From contig CBDFFW010000001.1 in NCBI GenBank assembly GCA_965246945.1, positions 1,064,311 through 1,128,310 of the forward strand: 64,000 nucleotides of DNA, in the 5' to 3' direction. The stretch is from Alphaproteobacteria bacterium. GTDB lineage: Bacteria; Pseudomonadota; Alphaproteobacteria; UBA11073. The notes beneath the pieces are model-generated. The model made no database searches. It was given only the letters and a program-made list of their open reading frames with translations, and had not been told where the DNA came from. The position numbers were made by a program, and so were the translations under genes. Below, piece after piece: positions 29,297 to 39,497 of the stretch; the first letter of the stretch is position 1; the number at the start of each line of letters is the position of its first letter.

Positions 29297-30961
29297 TTAC
29301 TTGCGTTCGCGCCGGAAATACCAGCCCACAACAGTCTCGGGCGGGGCGGTTTGGCCGGTTAGCACAATTTGCCAGCTGCGGCGGGGTTGTTGTTCGTGGT
29401 TGAAGTAGATCGATTGTTCCAGGGATAACTGGCCGTGATAGGCGCGGAAGCGCCAGCCATTGCCGCTTGGCAGTTTTAATAATACGGTTTGGCCGTCCTG
29501 GGTCAGGCTGGCTTGTACGGTGGGGTGCAAATGAAAGCGCACGGTATAGGGCAGGGGTTTTGGCCCGCCCTTGATAAAATCCTCACCCACTAATTGGTCG
29601 CCCGCGGTATCCAGCACCAAACGGCGGCGATGGGTGATGCCGTAAGTTTCGCGGTAACCATCGTGGTGGCCTTCAAATAAAATGCGGTCTTGCGGATCAT
29701 CCCGCCAGCCATTGGCCACGCATTGGCGGCGTTTGCTGCGGCGCATCTTTTCAAAATAACTGAGCGGAAAAATATTGGTGTCATTCACCGTTAGTGTTGA
29801 ATGCGCGGCCGAACCGGCCAGCATCGGCGACCAGGCGCTTTCGGTTTTATGACTGCCGCAATTCACCACCAGGCGTTCACGGCCAATGCTTAGCTCAAAC
29901 GAAAAAGTGCTGGCATGCGTGCTGAAATCGGGTTGGGTGGGCGCGCCGCCGCAATCAATAATCACCAAAGTGCGGCCGAGCTGTAAACGCTCATAACCCG
30001 TTTGCGGCGCGGTTTTGACCATGCGGTTTTGCGCGTTGGATTTGGTGACCACCGCATCGATCAATAGCTGATCGCCCTCCACCGCATGGTAAAATTGCGC
30101 CAGGCCATGATCGCCATGGCGGAAGAATTTTAGCAATGGCACGCCGCGTTCAATCGCGCGGGTCACTTCTTCCGGCACCGGCAATTTGGCGTGATGCAGC
30201 GCCGAACGGAACTCAATTAATTGCTGGAGAATTTTGAGCAGATAAGCGGGGGAGCGCGAAATATGCCCACCATCGCTGAGCATCTGCGCCACCAATTCTT
30301 TGCGGTACAGCTTGATAATAAAATCTTGCTGTTCATTGGGCAGTTGCAGCGCCAGCGCGGCCAGGGTCGCGCCATGCACGGCTTGCAGCAATGGCAGGCC
30401 TTTCAACCCATCGGGTAAAATGCGCAGCAGGTGGCAGCTTTGCTGGGCGATGCTGTCATAAACGGCAAAGCGAAAGGCATCATCGGCACTGGCGCAGAAA
30501 AAATCATGCAGCAATAGCCAATGCGTTAGCCGTTGGCCCATGACAATCGGGTCCCAGGCCACCGCATCCCAATGTTTAAAATTTTCAATCCAATCGCTGA
30601 CCCATTTGCGGGCCTGGCGGCGGGCGTGGTCGCCGCCCAACACTTTTAAATCGCGCAACCACCCGAAGCTATGCATGTCATATTGCCAATTACGGCTGGC
30701 GGTGGGCGGCGCCCAATCCGGTTCAGCACATTGAATGGTTTGATTGGCGGCTTGAATATAACCGCGGCTGAAAGCCATGCCGCGCTCGGCATTGCCTGGC
30801 CAAATATCTTGCGGCGGAACGGCCAATTGTGCGGGCCGGTCATAAGACAGCGTGAGTTGATACAGCGGGTTGCTATATAACCACTGGCGCATTTGTTGGT
30901 GCACCGACTTGGTTGCAGACGGTGGAGTTTTCCCAATTTTGGCTTTACGGGCAGCCATCAA
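29297..30961 (-). CDS. Heparinase II/III-like family protein
   Basis: 554 aa. The central region (…HWLLLHDFF…, …SDGGHISRSPAYLLKILQQL…) resembles the PF07940-type proteins common in alphaproteobacteria. It lies immediately upstream of rpe. Confidence 0.55.
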   Translation of the reverse strand: MMAARKAKIGKTPPSATKSVHQQMRQWLYSNPLYQLTLSYDRPAQLAVPPQDIWPGNAERGMAFSRGYIQAANQTIQCAEPDWAPPTASRNWQYDMHSFGWLRDLKVLGGDHARRQARKWVSDWIENFKHWDAVAWDPIVMGQRLTHWLLLHDFFCASADDAFRFAVYDSIAQQSCHLLRILPDGLKGLPLLQAVHGATLAALALQLPNEQQDFIIKLYRKELVAQMLSDGGHISRSPAYLLKILQQLIEFRSALHHAKLPVPEEVTRAIERGVPLLKFFRHGDHGLAQFYHAVEGDQLLIDAVVTKSNAQNRMVKTAPQTGYERLQLGRTLVIIDCGGAPTQPDFSTHASTFSFELSIGRERLVVNCGSHKTESAWSPMLAGSAAHSTLTVNDTNIFPLSYFEKMRRSKRRQCVANGWRDDPQDRILFEGHHDGYRETYGITHRRRLVLDTAGDQLVGEDFIKGGPKPLPYTVRFHLHPTVQASLTQDGQTVLLKLPSGNGWRFRAYHGQLSLEQSIYFNHEQQPRRSWQIVLTGQTAPPETVVGWYFRRERK

Positions 30962-31618
30962 TTATTTGCCCCGCAATTGCTGAATGGTTTGCGCATAGGG
31001 TTGCGGCGCTTTGAATAGCGCAGTGCCGACCACCAAGCTATCTGCACCGGCAGCAATTAATTGTGCGGCGTTATCAGGATTCACACCGCCATCAATTTCC
31101 AGGCGGATCGGGCGGCCAGTGGCGGTGATGCGGCGGCGGACTTCTTTAATTTTATCGTATAATGGAATGAAACTTTGGCCGCCAAAACCAGGGTTGACGG
31201 TCATAATTAAAACCAAATCTGTGATATCTAGTAAATGATCAAGGACTTGCACCGGTGTGCCTGGGTTTAAAACCACGCCAGTCTGGCAGCCTAATTTTTT
31301 AATGGTTTGCAAGGTACGGTGCGGGTGGGGTTCGGCTTCCGGATGAATGGAAATTAAATTCGCGCCAGCATCCGCAACACTTTCCAGCAGATAATCCACC
31401 GGCGAGATCATTAAATGCACATCAAATGGCAGATTTGAATGTTGGCGCAGGACTTTGATAAGGCCAGCGCCAAAGGAAATATTGGGCACATAATGCCCAT
31501 CCATCACATCCCAATGCAGCCAATCGGCACCGGCTGCGGTTACTTGGCGAATATCTTCGCCTAAGGCAGCAAAATCGGCAGCCAAAATCGATGGCGCGAT
31601 GACGAGTGGTTGGGTCAT
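30962..31618 (-). CDS. rpe: Ribulose-phosphate 3-epimerase
   Basis: IAPSILAADFA, HWDVMDGHYVPNISFG, HLM and GGVNPDN motifs. Confidence 0.9.
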   Translation of the reverse strand: MTQPLVIAPSILAADFAALGEDIRQVTAAGADWLHWDVMDGHYVPNISFGAGLIKVLRQHSNLPFDVHLMISPVDYLLESVADAGANLISIHPEAEPHPHRTLQTIKKLGCQTGVVLNPGTPVQVLDHLLDITDLVLIMTVNPGFGGQSFIPLYDKIKEVRRRITATGRPIRLEIDGGVNPDNAAQLIAAGADSLVVGTALFKAPQPYAQTIQQLRGK

Positions 31619-31712
31619 TTACGAGAATCTTACCAAGCCGTTTGCCGCTTGTCATCGGGGATCATGATCGTATTTTTTGCCAAAATGCGACGAACTGTCT
31701 AATTTAAGCAAA

Positions 31713-32030
31713 ATGACAACGATTTATGTGATTGATCCACAGCATAAAAAGCATGCGCTGGCGGCAACCGATGGCTGGCGGGTGATGGAAGTGATCCGCG
31801 AAGCAGGTTTGCCGATGCGGGCGGATTGCGGCGGCTGTTGCGCCTGTGCCACTTGCCATGTGTTTATAGAAGCCGGTTCACCAGCCCTGCTGCCACCAGA
31901 ACTGGAAGAAGAAGGTATGCTGGAAGAAAGTTTCCATAAACAGGAAAATTCCCGCCTGTCTTGCCAATTAATTGTATCGCCGGAAATTGACGGCTTAACG
32001 GTTACATTAGCGCCTGATGCGGTGGAATAA
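31713..32030 (+). CDS. 2Fe-2S ferredoxin (adrenodoxin type)
   Basis: Cluster ligands in …ADCGGCCACATCHV… plus a later Cys (…SRLSCQLIV…). The start is at the internal Met (MTTIYV...). Confidence 0.7.
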   Translation: MTTIYVIDPQHKKHALAATDGWRVMEVIREAGLPMRADCGGCCACATCHVFIEAGSPALLPPELEEEGMLEESFHKQENSRLSCQLIVSPEIDGLTVTLAPDAVE

Positions 32031-32073
32031 TATACGCGTAACTTGAACTTTCACCGCCGAAGGTGCACCTTAG

Positions 32074-34569
32074 ATGAACATGTCTACTGAAGTTACTCAT
32101 TCCCTTGAAGATGGCCGCTTGCCGATTTTGCCGTTGCGCGATATTGTTGTTTTCCCGCAGATGATTGTGCCGTTATTTGTTGGCCGCGAAAAATCGGTGG
32201 CAGCACTGGCCGCGGCGTCGCAAGGCGGCAAGCAAATCATTATGCTAACCCAAAAAGATCCGCAGCAGGATGAGCCGGAAATTGATGGCTTATACGATGT
32301 TGGTGTGGTTGGCCGGTTAATCCAATTATTGAAATTACCGGATGGGACGGTCAAAGCGCTGGTGGAAGGGGAACGCCGTGTAAAAATCAGCAAGCCGCAA
32401 ACGGAAGGCGCGTTTTACACCGCGCAATTTGATTTGGTGTCTGATCAAGCGGTTAAGTCTGATGAAAAAAGCCAAAGCGGGGTGAAGGCGATGATCCGCG
32501 CCCTGCTGTCACGGTTCGAAGAATATGCCAAAACCTATAAACGCATCCCCAGCGATGCAGTGCAAAGCTTTGCCGATAGCGATGATGCCGGTAAATTGGC
32601 CGATCAAGTAACTGCCTTATTAAATGTTAAAATCGAAGAGAAACAAAAAGTGCTGGAAACGCGCCAGCCATTGAAACGCTTGGAATTGGTTTACCGATTA
32701 TTGGAAACCGAAATGGATGTGTTGAGTGTGGAGAAAAAAATCCGCACGCGTGTGAAAAAGCAAATGGATAAATCGCAACGCGATTATTATTTGAATGAGC
32801 AAATGAAAGCCATTCGCCGCGAAATGGGTGATACCATTGAAGAGCAGGAAGAAAACGAGCTTGGCGAGCTGCAAAAAAAAATTGAAAAAAGCCTAATGCC
32901 GAAAGAGGCCAAAGAGCGCGCAATGACCGAGCTGAAAAAGCTAAAGGCCATGCCGCCAATGTCTGGCGAAACCACAATTGTGCGCAATTATTTAGATGTA
33001 TTGCTGGAATTACCATGGGGTAAAAAAGGCAAACTGAATAAGGATATGCGTGTGGCGCAGGAAGTGCTGAATAAAGGGCATTATGGTTTGGAAAAAGTCA
33101 AAGATCGGATTATGGAACAACTCGCAGTGCAACAGCGGGTTGATATTATGAAGGGGCCGATTTTATGTTTGGTGGGGCCGCCTGGGGTGGGTAAAACGTC
33201 ATTGGCGAAATCGATTGCCGATGCCACTGGCCGGCAATTGGTAAAAGTGTCTTTGGGCGGCGTGCGCGATGAGGCAGAAATTCGCGGCCATCGCCGGACT
33301 TACTTAGGTGCTTTGCCAGGTAAAATTATTGCGGGCATGAAAAAAGCCAAGACGAATAATCCATTATTTCTGTTGGATGAGATTGAGAAAATTTCACAGG
33401 ATTGGCGCGGCGATCCGGCTTCGGCCTTGTTGGAAGTGTTAGACCCAGAACAAAATGCCAATTTCAACGATCATTATTTAGAATTGGATTATGACCTGTC
33501 TAAAGTGATGTTTGTCTGCACGGCGAATAGCTTGAAAATGCCGCAACCGCTGATCGACCGGTTGGAAATCATTCGCCTTTCTGGTTATACCGAAGATGAA
33601 AAGGTTGGTATCGCAGAAGAATATTTAATCCAAAAGCAAATGGATTTGGCAGGCTTGAAAGCAGGCGAATTGGAAATTCAGGAAAGCGCTATTCGGGATT
33701 TAATCCGCTATTACACACGTGAAGCAGGGGTGCGGAACCTCGAGCGGGAAATTGCGACGCTGTGCCGTAAAGTATTGAAAGAAATTTTATTGGCTGCGCC
33801 AAGTGATGATAAGCCGGCCGCTAAAAAGAAAGCTAAAAAAGCTGCGCCAGGATTAATTATTACGGCCGAAAACTTAGGCAAATATGCGGGCGTACGCCGC
33901 CACCGGTATGGTGAGATTGATGAAGAGGATCAGGTGGGTATGGTTACGGGCCTGGCCTGGACCGAGGTTGGCGGGGATATCCTGACCATTGAATCGGTGA
34001 TTTATCCGGGCAAGGGCAAAGTGACGATGACTGGCAAGCTCGGCGATGTAATGAAGGAATCTATCCAAGCTGCAGAAATGCTAGTCAAATCCCGCGCCGC
34101 CTCCCTTGGTATTCATCCAAAGATTTTCCGCGAGAAAGATATCCATTTGCATGTGCCGGAAGGGGCCACACCGAAAGACGGACCATCTGCGGGTATTGCG
34201 ATGGTAACATCCATGGTGTCGGTCCTCACCGGCATTCCCATTCGCCGCGATATTGGGATGACGGGTGAAATTACCTTGCGCGGCCGCGTGTTTCCGATTG
34301 GTGGCTTGAAAGAAAAACTGATTGCCGCGATGCGGGCTGGTATTAAAACGGTACTTATTCCAGCGGATAACGTAAAAGATTTGGAGGAAATTCCAGATAA
34401 TGTGAAAGCGGGTTTGGAAATCATTCCGGTTAAGGTAATTGATGAAGTATTGGGGCATGCGCTGGTGCGGCAACCACTACCTATTGTGTTTACCGAGGCC
34501 GAACAGCAGGCAGAAAATGCTGCCAATAAAGCCGATAATTTTAATTCCGCAGCGGTTGTAAGACATTAG
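32074..34569 (+). CDS. lon: ATP-dependent Lon protease
   Basis: N-terminal LON domain, Walker A GPPGVGKTS, Walker B LFLLDEIEK, catalytic DGPSAGIAM and the lysine in TGEITLRGRVFPIGGLKEKL. It carries a Lys/Ala-rich insert (DDKPAAKKKAKKAAPG) and a C-terminal extension. Confidence 0.95.
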   Translation: MNMSTEVTHSLEDGRLPILPLRDIVVFPQMIVPLFVGREKSVAALAAASQGGKQIIMLTQKDPQQDEPEIDGLYDVGVVGRLIQLLKLPDGTVKALVEGERRVKISKPQTEGAFYTAQFDLVSDQAVKSDEKSQSGVKAMIRALLSRFEEYAKTYKRIPSDAVQSFADSDDAGKLADQVTALLNVKIEEKQKVLETRQPLKRLELVYRLLETEMDVLSVEKKIRTRVKKQMDKSQRDYYLNEQMKAIRREMGDTIEEQEENELGELQKKIEKSLMPKEAKERAMTELKKLKAMPPMSGETTIVRNYLDVLLELPWGKKGKLNKDMRVAQEVLNKGHYGLEKVKDRIMEQLAVQQRVDIMKGPILCLVGPPGVGKTSLAKSIADATGRQLVKVSLGGVRDEAEIRGHRRTYLGALPGKIIAGMKKAKTNNPLFLLDEIEKISQDWRGDPASALLEVLDPEQNANFNDHYLELDYDLSKVMFVCTANSLKMPQPLIDRLEIIRLSGYTEDEKVGIAEEYLIQKQMDLAGLKAGELEIQESAIRDLIRYYTREAGVRNLEREIATLCRKVLKEILLAAPSDDKPAAKKKAKKAAPGLIITAENLGKYAGVRRHRYGEIDEEDQVGMVTGLAWTEVGGDILTIESVIYPGKGKVTMTGKLGDVMKESIQAAEMLVKSRAASLGIHPKIFREKDIHLHVPEGATPKDGPSAGIAMVTSMVSVLTGIPIRRDIGMTGEITLRGRVFPIGGLKEKLIAAMRAGIKTVLIPADNVKDLEEIPDNVKAGLEIIPVKVIDEVLGHALVRQPLPIVFTEAEQQAENAANKADNFNSAAVVRH

Positions 34570-34592
34570 CTGGATGTGTAAACGAGCACTCG

Positions 34593-34703
34593 CCTCATCC
34601 TGAGGAGCCAAGCATCGCTTGGTGTCTCGAAGGATGCTCTAGTGGAATTGCCAGCTTAAGCATCCTTCGAGACGCAGCTTATTAGCTGCTCCTCAGGATG
34701 AGG
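34593..34703. repeat. Family A nested palindromic element, copy A4
   Basis: CCTCATCCTGAGGAG...GTCTCGAAGGATGC...GCATCCTTCGAGAC...CTCCTCAGGATGAGG. Both arms carry compensatory changes, so the pairing is preserved. Confidence 0.85.
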
Positions 34704-34914
34704 TGGGGCGCTATATGTCTTGGTTTGCAAATCTTGGCAAGCACAATATCTTGTGTTTTTTTGTGATTAACCCATTGCAAGCCGCCTATTTCCCTGCTTA
34801 GAGTATTTTCAGCGTTAGCAGATCTAGCATTTAAGCGGGTTTGCGGCGTGGCAGAGATTGCAGGACCAGTAAACTGGCGGGTCTCTGGCTTAAACATCAT
34901 TGAAGGGGATTCCC

Positions 34915-35238
34915 ATGAATAAAGGCGAATTAATTGACTACATCGCGGAAGGCGCTGAGTTAAGCAAAGCAGATGCTGGCCGTGCATTAGATGCAGTGGT
35001 TGAAGGTATCACCGCTGGTTTAAAACAAAATGGCGAAGTACGCCTGGTTGGTTTCGGTACTTTCTTGGTCGCGAAATCTGAAGCGAAAACTGGCCGCAAC
35101 CCACAAACGGGCGAAGCGATCAAAATCAAAGCCAGCAAACGGCCTAAATTCAAAGCCGGTAAAGCATTGAAAGATGCCGTGAACGACAACAAAGCAGCGC
35201 CGAAAAAAGCAGCAGCCAAGAAAACCGCTTCTAAATAG
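34915..35238 (+). CDS. hupB: DNA-binding protein HU with a lysine/alanine-rich C-terminal tail
   Basis: [12 protein letters not shown]...GFGTF...RNPQTGE... is the HU fold. There is an extra tail [18 protein letters not shown]. Confidence 0.85.
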   Translation: MNKGELIDYIAEGAELSKADAGRALDAVVEGITAGLKQNGEVRLVGFGTFLVAKSEAKTGRNPQTGEAIKIKASKRPKFKAGKALKDAVNDNKAAPKKAAAKKTASK

Positions 35239-35260
35239 TTATTTTTAAAGCTGATAATGA

Positions 35261-35290
35261 ACCCGCCGAAGATAACTCGGCGGGTTTTTT
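35261..35290 (+). terminator. Rho-independent terminator of hupB
   Basis: acccgccgaagataactcggcgggtttttt. Confidence 0.8.
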
Positions 35291-35293
35291 GTT

Positions 35294-35418
35294 GTCATCC
35301 CGACGAAAGTCGGGATCTAGTGGTATAATCTGCGCGAAGCGCTCAAAATTATTATTTTGCATTACGCTAAAGCATAATACTTTTTAATCACTGGATTCCG
35401 ACTTTCGTTGGGATGACG
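35294..35418. repeat. Family B palindromic element, copy B5
   Basis: GTCATCCCGACGAAAGTCGGGATCTAGTG ... CACTGGATTCCGACTTTCGTTGGGATGACG. Confidence 0.85.
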
Positions 35419-35422
35419 ATAT

Positions 35423-36043
35423 CTAGAAAATCTGTTGCCACTTTTCTTGCAACACTGCATCTACCTCCGCCATGCCCACTTGTTTACCAAGCGCATGTAT
35501 GGAGGTCACACCGAATTCGCTGATGCCGCAGGGGATGATGCCGATATAATGGGATAGGTCTGGGTTTACATTTAAGGCGATGCCGTGAAAGCTAACGCCG
35601 CGGCGCACGCGCAGGCCGATGGCGGCAATCTTAGCTTCTTGCCCGCGGTTATCTATAGTCCAAATGCCAACGCGGCCAGACCGTCTTTCGCCCTTAATAT
35701 CAAATTCGGCCAGGGTTTGAATCAGCCATTCTTCCAACTGACAGACCAAGCGGCGCACATCAAGCTCGCGTTTGAATAAATCTAGCATGACATAGGCGAT
35801 GCGCTGACCTGGTCCGTGATAAGTATATTGCCCGCCGCGGCCAGTTTGATGCACAGGGAAGCGTGCTTGCAGTAAATCTGCGGCTTTGGCACTGCTGCCA
35901 GCGGTGTACAGGGCAGGGTGTTCTAATAGCCAAACCAGCTCATCGGCATCGGCAGCGCGGATTGTCGCCACGCGGGTTTCCATGGCCGCAACTGCCGCTG
36001 GATAATCCTGCAATTCCTTGCTTATTTGCCATTCGAGGGTCAT
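35423..36043 (-). CDS. lipB: Octanoyltransferase (lipoyl(octanoyl) transferase)
   Basis: 206 aa with the LipB catalytic region (…[12 protein letters not shown]…, …[19 protein letters not shown]…, cysteine in …IIPCGI…). Confidence 0.85.
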   Translation of the reverse strand: MTLEWQISKELQDYPAAVAAMETRVATIRAADADELVWLLEHPALYTAGSSAKAADLLQARFPVHQTGRGGQYTYHGPGQRIAYVMLDLFKRELDVRRLVCQLEEWLIQTLAEFDIKGERRSGRVGIWTIDNRGQEAKIAAIGLRVRRGVSFHGIALNVNPDLSHYIGIIPCGISEFGVTSIHALGKQVGMAEVDAVLQEKWQQIF

Positions 36044-36108
36044 AGGCTTGCCATTATTTGAATTGCTTGCACTTCGAGATGCAAGCTTTTAGCTTGAAAT
36101 CTGAGTGT

Positions 36109-36194
36109 GCGCTCATGGCGGAATGGTAGACGCGCAGCGTTGAGGTCGCTGTGGGGGCAACCCCGTGGAAGTTCAAATCTTCTTGAGCGCACCA
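36109..36194 (+). tRNA. tRNA-Leu (anticodon GAG)
   Basis: The acceptor stem GCGCTCA pairs with TGAGCGC. The anticodon stem-loop is CAGCG-TTGAGGT-CGCTG. It has a long variable arm (type II), a T-arm GTTCAAATC and an encoded CCA. Confidence 0.85.
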
Positions 36195-36256
36195 GGTTTC
36201 GCTCTGCGAGCTACGTTTGGCGCAGCCAGGCCGGCTTTAACAACTTTAAGAAATAA

Positions 36257-36346
36257 CCTCGTCCTGAGTATTGAAGGATGCTTAACTGGGGTATATCGCT
36301 GGAGCATCCTTCGATACGAACGCGCTGCGTTCTACTCAGGATGAGG
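36257..36346. repeat. Family A nested palindromic element, copy A5 (left inner arm shortened)
   Basis: CCTCGTCCTGAGTA-TTGAAGGATGC...GCATCCTTCGATAC...CTACTCAGGATGAGG. Confidence 0.8.
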
Positions 36347-36401
36347 TTATGTATTAATAAGGGCATTTGCTAAAAAGCGTTTATGTGATTAATTTAATTG
36401 T

Positions 36402-37115
36402 ATGAATAAAAGCTACAGCGCAGCAGTTTTATTGATTGGTAATGAATTGCTATCGGGGCGGACGAAAGATGCCAATTTAAGTTTTATCGCGGAATTTTTA
36501 ACGCCGCATGGGATTCAATTGCGCGAAGCGCGGGTGGTGCAGGATGTGCAGGCGGAAATTGTGGCAGCGCTGAATGCGTTGCGCATGAAATACGATTTTG
36601 TATTTTGCACCGGCGGCATTGGCCCTACGCATGATGATATTACGGCTGAAGCGGTCGCGGTGGCGTTTGGCGCCGAATATGGTTTAAAGCCGGAAGCGCA
36701 TCAAATTTTGATTGAACATTATGGCACCACGGAAATTAATGAGGCGCGTTTGCGCATGGCCAAAATGCCATTAAATGCGACTTTGATTGATAATCCGGTG
36801 ACGCGTGCGCCAGGTTTTCAAATAGAAAATGTTTTTGTGATGGCGGGCGTGCCCAAAATTATGCAGGGCATGATGCATTCATTGGCGGTGCGTTTGCCGC
36901 AGGGCGCAATTATGCATAAAGCTGAAATTAAAACCGATAAAAAGGAAGGCGATATTGCGCAGTTGTTAAAAGATACCGAAGCTAAATTTCCAAACGTGCA
37001 AATCGGCAGCTATCCCCATTTCGCGGAGGGCAGTTTCAGCCTGACAATTGTATTGCGCAGTATTGATGAAACGCAGTTGCAAGCGGCAAGCACTTCTTTA
37101 TCTTGTAAATTATAA
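36402..37115 (+). CDS. CinA-like molybdopterin-binding (MoCF-biosynthesis) domain protein
   Basis: AAVLLIGNELLSGRTKDANLSFIAEFL and FCTGGIGPTHDDIT are typical of the CinA N-terminal / MogA-like domain. Confidence 0.65.
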   Translation: MNKSYSAAVLLIGNELLSGRTKDANLSFIAEFLTPHGIQLREARVVQDVQAEIVAALNALRMKYDFVFCTGGIGPTHDDITAEAVAVAFGAEYGLKPEAHQILIEHYGTTEINEARLRMAKMPLNATLIDNPVTRAPGFQIENVFVMAGVPKIMQGMMHSLAVRLPQGAIMHKAEIKTDKKEGDIAQLLKDTEAKFPNVQIGSYPHFAEGSFSLTIVLRSIDETQLQAASTSLSCKL

Positions 37116-37122
37116 TACTGAC

Positions 37123-37225
37123 CTCTTCCTGAGTAGCGCTGCAAGCGCGTATCGAAGGATGCCTATGGTTCCACCCTCATTAAGCATCCTTCGATACAAA
37201 TGCTGCGCGTTTTACTCAGGATGAG
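37123..37225. repeat. Family A nested palindromic element, copy A6
   Basis: CCTCTTCCTGAGTAG...GTATCGAAGGATGC...GCATCCTTCGATAC...TTACTCAGGATGAG. Confidence 0.85.
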
Positions 37226-37247
37226 ATTTGTTTAAGGTATAAAAATT

Positions 37248-38030
37248 CTATTTAATCGCTTTCCAGGCAGCCGTCATCTGGTCAAGTGTGGCAGCGGTTG
37301 GATCAATTTGCTGATTTTGTAGATGCTGCACCATGGCTTTGAAGCGCGCCGCATATTTCTGATTATTGGCGCGCATCACGGTTTCAGGGTCCATATCGAA
37401 ATGCCGAAATAGGTTGACCATCACGCATAACACATCGCCGAATTCATCCATGAGTTTATCACGATCGGGTGGGGTTTCCGCCAATACAGCTTTCACCTCA
37501 GCCACTTCTTCATCCAACTTGCTGATAATCTGTTCGATATTCTGCCAATTGAAGCCGATTTTTGCAGCGGATTTTTGTAGTTTCAAGGCGCGGCTGAGGG
37601 CGGGCATCGCGGGTGAAATGCTATCCAATAAATTGGCGGGATCAGTTGCTTGCTTAGTTTTAGCGGCATTTTCCTGTGCTTTCATTGCCTCCCAGGCATG
37701 GTTTTGGTCGGCCGTGGTTTTAATCGAAGTATCGTCGCCAAAAACATGCGGATGGCGGCGGATTAATTTATCGTTGAGAGTGGCAACCACATCGGTGAAA
37801 TTAAACGCGCCGGTTTCAGCGGCAATCTGGCTGTAGAAAACCACCTGTAATAATAAATCGCCCAGCTCTTCTTTTAAATGTTGCGCATCGCCGCGCTCCG
37901 CAGCCTCGGCCACTTCATAGGCTTCTTCAATGGTATGCTTGGCCAAACTCTGCCAATTTTGTTCGCGGTCCCATGGGCAGCCGCGGGTAGGGTCTCGCAG
38001 TTGCGCCATGATTTTTAATAATTCGTCCAT
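37248..38030 (-). CDS. mazG: Nucleoside triphosphate pyrophosphohydrolase MazG
   Basis: Two tandem MazG repeats (EEAYEVAEA..., EELGDLLLQVVF...; second EEVAEV..., DEFGDVLCVMVNL...). Confidence 0.85.
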   Translation of the reverse strand: MDELLKIMAQLRDPTRGCPWDREQNWQSLAKHTIEEAYEVAEAAERGDAQHLKEELGDLLLQVVFYSQIAAETGAFNFTDVVATLNDKLIRRHPHVFGDDTSIKTTADQNHAWEAMKAQENAAKTKQATDPANLLDSISPAMPALSRALKLQKSAAKIGFNWQNIEQIISKLDEEVAEVKAVLAETPPDRDKLMDEFGDVLCVMVNLFRHFDMDPETVMRANNQKYAARFKAMVQHLQNQQIDPTAATLDQMTAAWKAIK

Positions 38031-38088
38031 AGCGCCAATTATGCATTTTGTCTGGTGACAGCAAAGGGTTATTCGCTAAACTATTGAA

Positions 38089-39375
38089 ATGAGTTTGCTG
38101 ATCATCAGCATGATTTGTGCCGCGCTGATTATTGGCGCGGGCGTGGGTGTTTTGTTTTATCGCCATTACCGTAACCGCACGGTCAGCGAATTGGTGCATT
38201 ATTTGCAGGCCAATGCCGCATTGGCCGATACCAGTTATTCGCCGCCACTACCGATTGATCCAACCTTTCGGTCTTTGACCCAAGCGGTAGATTTATACAG
38301 CCGTCATCAGCAATTACGCCAGCAGCAATTGGGGGAATATCTCAACCAGGAACAGGCATTGGTTGAATCGCTGCATGAACCGGTGTTATTTTTAAATGCC
38401 GAGCGGCTTATTGTGCGGGCCAATCGGGCGGCCTTTCGGTTGTTGGGCGAGAAAATATTAAATACGGATATCGCGCAGTGGCTGAGCGCCAGCCAGATTG
38501 TGCCAGCCATCCAGCAGGCTTTGGAAGGTGAGAATGTGCCGGCCGTGCCGATTACGATTGAAAAGCCGGTTACGCATCATTTAATGGTACAACTGCATTT
38601 ATTGCCGCAAAATGAAGTGCGAACGAAACAGGCGGCCCTTTTATTAATTCTGCAAGATATCACCCCGCTTAAAAAAGCGGAGGAAAGCCGGTTAGATTTC
38701 ATTGCGCAAATTAGCCACGAATTGCGTACACCGCTGGTTTCACTGCTTGGGTTTATTGAAACCATTCGCGGACCAGCCAAAAATGATTCGGAAGCGGTGG
38801 ACCGATTTTTAGGAATTATGCATGAACAGGCTGGCCGGATGGCCAATCTGGTGACTGATTTGTTGGCCCTTTCCAAGGCCGAATTGCAGGAGCATGAAGC
38901 ACCGACCGAAGCGATTAATGTGATTAAGTTGTTAGGTAATCTGTTGGCGGCGACCGAGCTGCGGGCCCAGGAAAAAGAAATTACTTTGTTTGTGGATGCG
39001 CCGCGCGAATTGCCGGATGTGTTAGGCGATAGCGATCAATTGCAACGCTCGATCCAAAATCTGATTGAAAATGCCATGAAATACGGCCAATCCCCTGGGC
39101 AAATTGATATTACCGCTCGGCTAGAAGGCAATATGGTGGCCGTTAGCGTGCGGGATTATGGGGAAGGGTTAACACAAGAACAGGTCGCGCGGTTAAGTGA
39201 GCGTTTTTACCGGACCGAACAGGCCAAGGCCAAAAAAATTCCTGGCACCGGCCTGGGCTTGGCGATTGTCAAACATATTGTGAAGCGCCATCGCGGCCGT
39301 TTAATGGTCGCCAGTGAGCTGGGACAGGGCACCACCTTCACCATTTTATTACCAATTGCGATAAGCGAGGCATAA
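38089..39375 (+). CDS. Sensor histidine kinase, PhoR-like (TM anchor + PAS + HisKA + HATPase)
   Basis: H-box ISHELRTPL, N-box NLIENAMKY, G-boxes DYGEG and GTGLGLAIVK. No cognate regulator is adjacent. Confidence 0.7.
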   Translation: MSLLIISMICAALIIGAGVGVLFYRHYRNRTVSELVHYLQANAALADTSYSPPLPIDPTFRSLTQAVDLYSRHQQLRQQQLGEYLNQEQALVESLHEPVLFLNAERLIVRANRAAFRLLGEKILNTDIAQWLSASQIVPAIQQALEGENVPAVPITIEKPVTHHLMVQLHLLPQNEVRTKQAALLLILQDITPLKKAEESRLDFIAQISHELRTPLVSLLGFIETIRGPAKNDSEAVDRFLGIMHEQAGRMANLVTDLLALSKAELQEHEAPTEAINVIKLLGNLLAATELRAQEKEITLFVDAPRELPDVLGDSDQLQRSIQNLIENAMKYGQSPGQIDITARLEGNMVAVSVRDYGEGLTQEQVARLSERFYRTEQAKAKKIPGTGLGLAIVKHIVKRHRGRLMVASELGQGTTFTILLPIAISEA

Positions 39376-39415
39376 AGATTGGCAAACGGATTTGCCGCTG
39401 TTATGTTTTCCTTAT

Positions 39416-39489
39416 GCGGGTGTAGTTCAATGGTAGAACTCCAGCCTTCCAAGCTGATTGTGAGGGTTCGATTCCCTTCACCCGCTCCA
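39416..39489 (+). tRNA. tRNA-Gly (anticodon TCC)
   Basis: The GCGGGTG acceptor pairs with CACCCGC, the anticodon loop is CTTCCAA, the T-arm is GGTTCGATTCCC and CCA is encoded. Confidence 0.9.
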
Positions 39490-39497
39490 TTTTTCGC

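Noticed and set aside
34682-34987. A 101 aa minus-strand ORF overlaps repeat A4 and the hupB start.
   Set aside because: It runs through a palindromic element and is antisense to the hupB 5' region, so it is most likely an artefact.
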